Both the position numbers and the translations under genes were made by a program. Below are positions 54,276-64,000 of a DNA stretch of 64,000 nucleotides, piece by piece. Every line of letters starts with the position of its first letter. Position 1 is the first letter of the stretch. The notes under the pieces are model-generated. The model ran no database searches and was not told the DNA's origin. It saw only the letters and a list, made by a program, of their open reading frames with translations. Source of the stretch: Octopus vulgaris (Eukaryota); the NCBI GenBank assembly GCA_951406725.2, contig OX597820.1, positions 10,540,001 to 10,604,000 on the forward strand. Reading direction: 5' to 3'.

Positions 54276-55565
54276 GAGGGACGTTCAATAAGTAATGCCT
54301 CTGACCCATTTGCAGTTGTTTGATCTAGCTGAAATTTTGAATGTGTAATCATTTATATCTCTATAGAGTAAGTGACAAATTACAGCTCTGAACTAATTGT
54401 GGTTTCTGATTTACAGGTGTTTGAACTGAGTCAAGAGTGAAATGGAGCCTGTTGAGTGTCGAGCAGTGATCCGGATTTTGTATTTGAAAGGACGCACACC
54501 GCGGGAGACTTTTGATGAAATGAAAGTAACTTATGGTGATGATGCCCCATCATATGACCTTGTAAAACGCTGGGATCGTGAATTCAAACATGGTCGGAAC
54601 TCTGTGGAAACAGCTCCCAGATCTGGTCGCCCCCTTCTGCCATTGATGAGACATCTGTCCGTCATGTTGAGGCTGCCATTTTGGGGGATGGACGCATAAT
54701 TATTCGCCAAATAGCCCATGAAATCAAGATTCGTACCGGGTCTGTGGAAACTATCATTCATGACCATTTGCATATGCAAAAGGTGTCTGCCAGATGGATT
54801 CCCAGGTTGCTCACGCCTTTCCAGAAGCAAGAACGCGTCGAGTGCTCGAGGATGAATTTGGAGATGTGCCAAGAAGATGAGTGAAAAGTTTTCAAAAGAC
54901 TGATTACACAGGATAAAACCTGGGTCCATCACGATGATCCAGAGACCAAAGCCCAGTCAATGCAGTGGAAGCACTGTGACTCACCCCCTCCAAAGAAGGC
55001 AAGGGTGCAGCCCTCCGCTGGCAAGGTCATGCTCACAGTCTTCTGGGACCAGGACGGAGTAGTGATGACAGATTTCCTGGCAAAGGGTACCACAATTACA
55101 GGAGCCTATTATGCTTCACTTTTGAGGAAATTAAGAGAAGTTATCAAAATCAAGAGGCGGGGCAAGATCAGCAAATGCATCCTCCTCCTGCAGGACAACG
55201 CTCCGGTCCACAACTCGCGTGTCGCCAGATCAGAAGCACAGGCGTATGGCTATGAACTCCTCCCCCATGCCCCCTACTTTCCTGACATTGCACCCTCTGA
55301 TTTTCACCTCTTCCCAGCCATGAAGTTTTTTTTGAAAGGAAAGCATTTCCCAGATGATGCAGCCTTGATTTCTGAAGTCACGTTGAGGTTGGAGGACCAA
55401 GCTGGGTTCTTCTACAAAAACGGTCTCCAGAGCCGCATCAAACGATGGGAGAAATGCGTAACTCTGGGTGTTTCCTATGTAGAAAAAGATTAATAACTGT
55501 GCCAAGTTTCGTTGCTCTACTGCTATGGGAAGTGAGTCAGGGGCATTACTTATTGAACGCCCCTC

Positions 55566-55566
<1 letters not shown>
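54275..55566 (+). mobile_element. Full-length mariner DNA transposon (about 1.29 kb) in (TA)n
   Basis: TIRs cgagggacgttcaataagtaatgcc / ggcattacttattgaacgcccctcg. Confidence 0.95.
54442..55493 (+). pseudogene. Mariner transposase D,D34D with two frameshifts (about 54635 and 54883)
   Basis: MEPVECRAVI.., [45 protein letters not shown]; 34 residues between the last two Asp. Confidence 0.93.
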
Positions 55567-55603
<37 letters not shown>

Positions 55604-55637
55604 ATGTATGTATGTATGTATGTATGTATATATATAC

Positions 55638-55689
<52 letters not shown>

Positions 55690-55693
<4 letters not shown>

Positions 55694-56520
55694 TATACGA
55701 TGAATTATCTCAAATATATGAGAGGCGAGTGCAGAGCCCCTTTTAAAAAAATAGTTCATTAAGAAGAAATGTTTGTCTCGTGACGCCTGTTTCGAAGTCA
55801 TACAATTTTTAGCTGAGAACTCTTGATAATTTGATAGGACGGGATACTTATACTTGATGGTGATAACGCTTTTTTTTTGTATATTTCTAATATATTTCAT
55901 TTGTTAAATTCGTTATATTTAATTTGTTTGCCTTTTGCTCTTGCTGATTGGCTGTTATTTCCATCCTTAACAACGTTAAATCGGGCGGCGTTGAGATTCT
56001 TTCTTTTTTCTTTTATGGCGTGGGAGCGTGTTTTTAACTAGATCTTTGGACTTTCCAATTAATCTCATTAAAGTTGTTTATTATGGTGTGCTTATTTCGT
56101 TAAGATTTTGTTTTGTGTCGGAATATAATTGTAAAATTTATTCGTTTGGACTAGATAAGGGAATTTAAATGATTTACTTGTTTGTGAGTGAATTTAACTG
56201 TAAAACTAAATGGAGACATTTATTTATAGAGGAATTATTAGCATTTCCTACTTGACTGAATTGGTGTGGCTTGTAGACGGAGTTTGTTAAACTAATTAAA
56301 GAGTGTTTTTTTCTTTCAATGGGGCATTGTTTTTACTTTTAATTATAATTCCTTACACGCATTGTTGTTGCCAATTTTTCTTCTAGCGTTCGTATAATTG
56401 TCTGGTTTGGACTCGAACATTCTGAATTTTGTTTTGGTTACTTTTGACTTTTTACCATTAACGTCGGCTTGCTATGGCTTCTTGATTATCTATTAAGCTG
56501 ATTAAAGCGTTTCTATTTTT
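55690..56520 (-). mobile_element. Possible decayed Penelope-like remnant
   Basis: Minus-strand ..KQCP.. motif and half-HHR gaaacaggcgtc near 55780; AT-rich and heavily decayed. Confidence 0.3.
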
Positions 56521-56727
56521 TTTTTATCTGTATAGTTTATTGAAGGTTTCAAAGGGAGGTTGTTTGCACGCGTGTGTGGGCATGTGTGTGTGTATATGTG
56601 CGTATGTGCGTGGGTGTAGTGAACAGTATTTTTCTTGTATGTGGTTAAGTATGCTTGTAAATGCAAGTTCGTGTGCTTTGGTATAGGGTTGATGTCTTTG
56701 TTTATGTGTGCACATGTATTCCTTCAT

Positions 56728-56940
56728 TATTTTATTGTTTTACTGGCTTCAATCATTTGACTGCGGCCAAGCTGGAGCACCGCCTTTAGTCGAGCAAATC
56801 GACCCCAGGACTTATTATTTGTAAACGTAGTACTTATTCTATCAGTCTCTTTTTACCGAACCGCTAAGTTACGGGGACGTAAACACACCAACATCGGTTG
56901 TCAAAAGCTGGTAGGGGGGTACAAACACAGACACACACAA
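56728..56940 (-). mobile_element. SINE family A, 3' half
   Basis: Reverse-complement match. Confidence 0.85.
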
Positions 56941-56945
56941 ATATA

Positions 56946-57105
56946 GGCGCAGGAGTGGCTGTGTGGTAAATAGCTTGCTTAGCAGCCACGTAGTTCTGGG
57001 TTCAGTTCCACTGCGAGACACCTTGGGTGACTTCTACTATAGCCTCGAGCCGACCAATACCTTGTAGGTGGATTTGGTAGACGGAAACTGAAAGAAGCCC
57101 GTTGT
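56946..57105 (+). mobile_element. SINE family A, 5' half
   Basis: ggcgcaggagtggctgtgtggtaa. Confidence 0.88.
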
Positions 57106-57127
57106 GTGTATATATATATATATGTAT

Positions 57128-57602
57128 ATACAAAATAAGAACATGGAGGAATAGATTCCTTTCAATCATCAACTTCCAAATAATACCAATTCATATAATT
57201 TATTAACTAATTAATTAAATTAAATAGGAACATCCAAATCCAACAGAATAAGACAGAATAAAACAATATACATCAATTATTATCTTTCTTATTGATGTAT
57301 ATTGTTTTATTCTGTTGGATTTTGATGTTCCTATTTAATTTAATTAATTAGTTAATAAATCATATGAATTGGTATTATCTGGATGTTGATGATTGAAAGG
57401 AATCCATTCCTCTATTTTCTTATTTTGTATTATGAATTTGAGGTAAAACATTTTACCTTCGCCCATATAATACAATAAATGAACTGATTGCATTGCAATT
57501 GTAAGCATTTATGTATTAGACTTTTGGGTACTTCACTGGCAGTATATTGGATAAATGATATCCCATAGTGGATTACACTCATAACCCCTATCTCACTTTG
57601 TA

Positions 57603-57604
<2 letters not shown>
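57128..57604. mobile_element. TA-flanked fold-back element (about 145-bp inverted arms)
   Basis: 57128-57277 approximates the reverse complement of 57291-57430. Confidence 0.8.
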
Positions 57605-57661
<57 letters not shown>

Positions 57662-57672
57662 GTGTGTGTGTA

Positions 57673-58070
57673 TACTCTTTACTCTTACTCTTTTACTTGT
57701 TTCAGTCACTTACTGCGGCCATGCTGGAGCACCGCCTTTAATCGAGCAATTCGATCCCGGGACTTATTCTTTTGTAAGCCCAGTACTTATTCTATCGGTC
57801 TCTTTTGCCGAACCGCTAAGTAACGGGGACATAAACACACCAGCATCGGTTGTCAAGCAATGCTAGGGGGACAAACACAGACACACATACACTCATATAT
57901 ATATACATATATACGACGGGCTTCTTTCAGTTTCCGTCTACCAAATCCACTCACAGGGCTTTGGTCGGCCCGAGGCTATAGTAGAAGACACTTGCCCAAG
58001 GTGCCACGCAGTGGAACTGAACCCGGAACCATGTGGTTGGTAAACAAGCTACTTACCACACAGCCACTCC
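57673..58070 (-). mobile_element. SINE family A, full length
   Basis: Nearly identical to the 53011 copy. Confidence 0.92.
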
Positions 58071-58144
58071 AGCCCCTTATGGATAGTCAAGAAATAAGTA
58101 TTTCGTCTGTCTTTATGTATGTGTGTGTTTATACATATTCTCTT

Positions 58145-58350
58145 ATTCTTTTCTTATTTTATTTGTTTCAGTCAGTTGACTGTGTCCATGCTGGAGCAGC
58201 GCCTTAAAGGGTGTTATTCGAAAGAAATCAATCCGAGAACTTATCCTCAGCAAGCCTAGTACTGATTCTATCGGTCTCTACGGGGATATAAACACACCAG
58301 CATCGATTGTCAAGCGATGGCGGGTGGGTGGACAAATACAGACACACAAA
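58145..58350 (-). mobile_element. SINE family A, 3' half
   Basis: Reverse-complement match, diverged. Confidence 0.7.
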
Positions 58351-58554
58351 TATATACATATACATATGTACTTCGAGTTCCACCGATAAAATTTAATTAT
58401 ATCGCGTCTTCTCGAAGTTCCTATCAAATATGCTATTATGGATGAAGGAATTTGAATGATTGCTAGTGTAGAACGCCTGTCATGTATACAGAAGATGGGA
58501 ATTCGAGTGTCACGAGCGGCCTTCGACTTTTCTATCCAATATTTACAGCTTATG

Positions 58555-59168
58555 TGAGCTGGCAGAATCGTCAGGACGCCGGGCGAAATGCTTAGCGGTT
58601 TTTCATCTGTCTTTATGTTCTGAGTTCAAATTCCGTCGAGGTGGACTTTGCCTTTCATCCTTTCGGAGACGATGAATTAAATAACAGTTGCGTACTGGGG
58701 TTGATCTAATCGACTGGCCCTCTCCCCCAAAATTTCGGGTCCTGTGCCTAGAGTAGAAAATAATATTTACAGCGTATGCGAGCGGGCAGAAACGTTAGCA
58801 CGCCGGGTGAAATGCTTAGCGGTATTTCGTCTGCCGTTACGTTCTGAGTTCAAATTCCGCCTAGGTCGACTTTGCCTTTCATCCTTTCGGGGTCGATTAA
58901 ATAAGTACCAGTTACGCATGGGGTCGTTATAATCGACTTAATCCGTTTGTCTGTCCTTGTTTGTCCTCTCTGTGTTTAGCCCCTTATGGATAGTCAAGAA
59001 ATAAGTATTTCGTCTGTCTTTACGTTCAGAGTTCAAACTCCGCCGTGGTCGATTTTGCCTTTCATCCTTTCGGAGTCGATGAAGTAAGTACCTGTTACGT
59101 ACTGGGGTAGATCTAGTTGTGTTACCTCCTCCCCCAAAATTTCGGGCCTTGTGCCTAGAGTAGAAATG
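58555..59168 (+). mobile_element. SINE family C compound array (3 units)
   Basis: Same units as 6636-7437; aatatttacagc at both ends and internally. Confidence 0.9.
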
Positions 59169-59582
59169 AATATTTACAGCTTATTTTTCTTAACATCGAC
59201 TGCTTCGAATTACAAATTATTTCACGTTCTCTCAACATTTGTAACTTCTTATGATGTAAGCAACTAAACAAAGGCTTCATAAGAAATCATACACAATAAA
59301 AAGAAATTCATAATGATTAAGTGGGTTGAAAGTTTATATTTAATATTGTGTCTTATGATGAAAACAAATTTGTCGATTGTGTTTTGTAATCAATACTTAC
59401 CTCGAAAGAAAATCATGAAACATTAAGAAAATTCATTTATAATTCTTCTGATAGATTGACATCTTGAGTGCTTGTGTTTACTGGAAAATAATAGTGTTAT
59501 ATTAAACCAATTAATTATGAAATACTTGTATCAAGTTTTATATTTCTATCTTCTTGAGCGGATGTAATGAAGTAATACTGCA

Positions 59583-59902
59583 GACGCGTATCTAAATGGT
59601 TAGGATATTCGGATCAAGATTGTGAAAAAGATAGTTCGATTTCTGGTGGCTCTATGGGTCCTTGAGCAAGAAACTTTATTTCACGTTGTTCCAGTCCAAT
59701 CAGCCGGCAAAAATGAGTAGGACCTTTACTTCAAAGGGGCCAGACTTGTCACATTCTTTGTCATGCTGGGTCTCTCTGAGAATTACATTAAGTGTACACG
59801 TGTCAGTGGTATGGTCAGTCACTTGCACGTTGATTTTCCGAACATGCTGTTCCATTAATCGGATCAGCTGGAATCCTTGAAGTCACAACCGCCGGAGGAC
59901 CA
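59583..59902 (+). mobile_element. SINE family E, diverged
   Basis: gtccttgagcaagaaactttatttcacgttg. Confidence 0.7.
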
Positions 59903-59932
59903 GTTTAATTCAGTAATATTTTAGTTTACTTA

Positions 59933-60148
59933 AGGCTGCAAGCTGGCAGAAACGTTAGCACACCAGCTGAAATACTTAGCGGTATTTCATCCGTCTTTAC
60001 GTTCTGAGTTCAAATACCGCCGAGGTCGACTTTGCCTTTTATCATTTCGGAGTCGATAAATTATGTACCAGTTGCGGACTGGGGTCGATGTAATCGACTG
60101 GCCCTCTCCTACCAAAATCTCGAGCCTTGTGCCTAGAGTAGAAAAGAA
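59933..60148 (+). mobile_element. SINE family C
   Basis: Head plus one unit, tail gtgcctagagtagaaaag. Confidence 0.88.
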
Positions 60149-60686
60149 TATTTTAGATTCTGTAGGAACTAAACCCGATTAAAAGTGGCAAAGAAAGTAA
60201 ATCTGCTCATATTTTATTTATTTCAAACACAGGATGAGTTGAATTTCGTAGACTATTTACTTACAAAGGGAATAGTATTTCAATTGTACGTTGCAATGCT
60301 GGCAGAACATTTCATATGCGTGGCAGGACGAAAAACAATCAAATCGAGATTTGGAAATAAGAGAAACAGGTTTAAACGTATCTGCATTTTCCGTCTACTT
60401 AATAACTCTTTCATGAATAAAAAAACACATAACATTCTTGTCTTCTAATAAATTGTAGACGGAATATAAAGCCTGTTGTCTTCCAAAAAAAACACAAGCT
60501 TCTTACCGTACACTCGAATAACCTCACTTCTCATGCAACGGAGATCTTTTAGAAGGAGCGATGTTGCCATGTCTCACTCACTCACTCACTCTGTTTGTCT
60601 CTCTGTGTCTCTGTCTCTCTTTCTCTCTTCCTTATTATACTCATGTATCTATATATACAACATACATACATAATTATATATATACT

Positions 60687-60783
<97 letters not shown>

Positions 60784-60818
60784 GTATGCATGTTTATGTA
60801 TGTATATATATATATCTA

Positions 60819-60868
<50 letters not shown>

Positions 60869-60869
60869 C

Positions 60870-60903
<34 letters not shown>

Positions 60904-61114
60904 ATTACATTGCTACAGACAGATACGGAACCGGCACCAGTTAAGGATACAATTCTACAGGGTTGCTTCTGTAACGAAGTAGATTTTGCATTAAATATCA
61001 AAGATATTCTGCTCCTTAGTTTTGTCAGAATAAAAATGACAGTATACCTCCATTTGTTTCAACTTAGATTATTTGCACTTCATATAAACGCTATATAAAC
61101 GTAATTATATATAA

Positions 61115-61176
<62 letters not shown>

Positions 61177-61392
61177 GAATATTTAAGTAGATAAATGAAT
61201 TATCTTATTACGGATAAATCGAAAGATAACCGATACCTGGGTAGCAAACTCACAACAGAAAGAACACGGTTGAAGTTACATCCATAGGGCATATACTCCG
61301 TGCCTTAGTGCAGAAATTTGAAGTTTAATTTAATATTATAAGTATAGGAAAGAATGGAGCTGAGCGAAGATTTAACAAAATTCCTTTATTTT

Positions 61393-61478
61393 ATTTTCGA
61401 CATATGTTTCGAAGTCTGCAAAATTCCTAATTCCGAATGAATAAGGAGTCCATTATGCAGCTTTCTCATCAGGAAAAT
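61393..61478 (-). ncRNA. Canonical type I hammerhead ribozyme with extended helix II
   Basis: Reverse complement attttc CTGATGA gaaag-ctgca...tgcag-acttc GAAAC atat GTC gaaaat. Confidence 0.82.
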
Positions 61479-61566
61479 CCAGGAACTTCTTTCGACAACA
61501 AAATGCAGAACAAGTTTTTAGATGACTGCTCTCGAGGAGCCCATAGCGACAATGATAAATAGTGTC

Positions 61567-61593
61567 TATTTATAGGGGGTGACGTCAGATTGG
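61567..61593 (-). promoter_or_regulatory. CCAAT box, CRE (TGACGTCA) and TATA box cluster
   Basis: Reverse complement CCAAT c TGACGTCA ccccc TATAAATA, about 90 bp upstream of the HHR on the same strand. Confidence 0.6.
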
Positions 61594-62079
61594 TTGAATG
61601 TAGGAGAAACTGGCAGTTACTAGAGTTCAAGGGTTCAATCGAGGTGGGATGAGGAAGGTAAAAGAATATTAAGGTGAGGGAGTGTATTCCGTTTGACTGG
61701 TGTTTAAATTTGATTTATTTTATGAATGAGTGCTCGTATGTGTGAGTGTGTATAATTGTCTTAATGTGTGTGTGTGTGTGTGTGTCTGTGAATGCGTGAT
61801 TGTGTGTGTAGAAGGCTGACAGAAAATTAACAGTTAGGAGGTGAACGGAGAGCAGAGAGAGCCCACAATTGTAGTGACAAGAGACGAGGGGACTACTGGA
61901 ATTGGTAGCAGCTCTTAGAAATTATGAGAAAATCTTATAAACTAAAGGGATGAGATATCACAAATTGATTTTGTAGGGAATCCAGGGGTTATCTATATTA
62001 GACTTCACTGGTATGAGTGAAAGGTATGCTTTTTCCAGTGTAAACATCTGAAAGATCTCTAGACAATCGAGTTTATTAT

Positions 62080-62290
<211 letters not shown>

Positions 62291-63030
62291 CACATACGTA
62301 TGGTGTGTGCATATGCACACATTTACATATATATAATATAAATGTTTGTGTGTGTGTGTTTAACAGATATAATCCGGATATTCTCTGCGTAAATAACAGT
62401 AGTCCTCAAAAGATTCAAACTTACACTTGGTGTGTTTACATGGGATCGCTCCACAAGGTAAGGAAAGGGTATAAGAGGGATCAGGTCAAATATATATATA
62501 ATAAACAGAGTAGATATTTTTACGTGCAACTATTTTCATGTGCTGAGGACGTTGGTGTCCCAGCGCAATTCTCAGACACTGCCCACAATGCATAACGAAC
62601 TGAAAATGGAGCGAAATAAAAACCGAGAAAAGGCGAGAAGGAAATATATATATAAAAGGTGGAACGTTGAAAAACCAGAAAACAAAGTATAAATCACAAA
62701 GAATCAAAAGGAGATAGTAAGAGTTATTTCCCTTAAAACGCAAATTATAAAGCTGAAAAGGTAATGGCTGTGAGCCTATGGTAAAAGTTATTCAATCTAG
62801 TAAGGGAATCAATTTCCAATTCGTCAATAGAAACTTAGTTATATATTTTCAATCGCTGAAAATTTCGGTTCCAAAACCCAACAGTGAGTTAGAGTTCTTG
62901 GATGAGAAAAGGATCCGATTTCTTTCAGCTACGCATAACTTAATTTTTTATTCATATAACATAGATTATTTTTTACTATTTTCACTTTATCATATGTGGT
63001 GTGACATTATGGTAGTACATAAAAAACAGA

Positions 63031-63645
63031 TACGAAATTTGATCAACAAGTATCTGAACTGTTGCCATAGCAACAATATTAAATCATGCAGGGTAAAACT
63101 GCTCGGTGCAGACTGACCTTGATGTCTGCTGTGCGTGCGTACTAAGTTTTAACGTTCTAGCTCACTGTTACTGCTTACAGCAGTGCTTGGAAGGAAGGTG
63201 CGTAGCTTGTGATCGTCACGTTGACCATGACAGAGAAGGTTGTCATGGCGATACCTGCTCAGAGTCCTACTTGGGTATGAGACACGTTTCTGCCAAGTTT
63301 CCGTCAAAACTGCTTTCAGTTGACCAAAAAGTCACTCGGATTTCAGTTGGACAAGGTCACTTTGATTGAGTTGAGAACGATGACAAACTTTTGAACTCTG
63401 AGCAGGTATCGGCAAGATTTTGGCAAAATTTTTTCCTATTCTCTCCTCAACGTTTTTGTCATGATCAATGTAACGAGCACACGCTACACACCTTCCTTCA
63501 AAGCAATGTTGTAAATTGGTGAAATAAGCTAGAACGTTAAAACAGAGTGCGCATGTACAGCAGAGATCAAGGTTAATCTCACCAAGCGGTTTAACTCTGT
63601 GTGCTTTAGCTTCGTTACTTTTGCAACAGTTCGGATACTTAATGG
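63031..63645. mobile_element. Second palindromic mariner derivative (two inverted left ends)
   Basis: tacgaaatttgatcaacaagtatctgaac...gttcggatactt; cagtgcttggaaggaaggtg occurs in both orientations. Confidence 0.78.
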
Positions 63646-63650
63646 AATAT

Positions 63651-63996
63651 GGAAGCACTCCGTCGGTTACGACGACGAGGGTTCCGGTTGATCCGATCAA
63701 TGGAACAGCCTGCTCGTGAAATTAACGTGTAAGTGGCTGAGCACTCCACGGACACGTGTACCCTTAACGTAGTTCTCGGGGAGATTCAGCGTGACACAGA
63801 GAGTGACAAGGCCGGCCCTTTGAAATACAGGAAGTGAGAGTGAGAGAAAGTTGTGGCGAAAGAGTACGGCAGGGATCACCACCATCCCCTGCCGGAGCCT
63901 CGTGAAACTTTAGGTGTTTTCGCTCAATAAACACTCACAACGCCCGGTCTGGGAATCGAAACCGCGATCCTACGACCGTGAGTCCATTGCACCTCC
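63651..63996 (-). mobile_element. SINE family B
   Basis: Reverse complement of the 41514 copy. Confidence 0.92.
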
Positions 63997-64000
63997 ACAG

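Larger units (their letters stand above)
61175..62075 (-). mobile_element. Penelope-like pseudo-LTR fragment between TA tracts
   Basis: Canonical HHR, upstream promoter motifs, AATAAA after the cleavage site, weak EHSFIK*IKFKHQSNG ORF-end remnant. Confidence 0.7.

Noticed and set aside
62540-62582. CTGAGGA-cgttgg/ccagcg hammerhead candidate
   Set aside because: GCAA in place of GAAA, and helices I and III do not pair well; at best a decayed copy

Overview
AT-rich, repeat-dense eukaryotic non-coding DNA, probably from an octopus (inferred from SINE families resembling the octopus tRNA-derived OK/OR-type SINEs). I found no host-gene exon I can support, and nearly all listed ORFs are microsatellite or SINE artefacts. 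The window holds five tRNA-derived SINE families, a near-full-length D,D34D mariner, mariner MITEs, a non-autonomous Helitron, remnants of R4/Dong, RTE and CR1 LINEs, a 54-bp minisatellite and many microsatellites. The main hidden signal lies between about 26.6 and 62 kb. There, about 11 loci, mostly unrelated in sequence, carry minimal type I hammerhead ribozyme (HHR) folds, and most sit inside (TA)n tracts. They occur as tandem, terminally redundant or fold-back copies of 363-, 365- and 565-bp monomers, as expected for Penelope-like pLTRs or retrozymes. Two cores show compensatory 3-8 base-pair changes (U3-A8, G3-C8). Also notable are a 5S rRNA head fused to an R4/Dong tail (SINE3-like) and a Helitron carrying a piece of the nearby minisatellite. 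All folds and alignments were done by eye, so coordinates may be off by a few bases.
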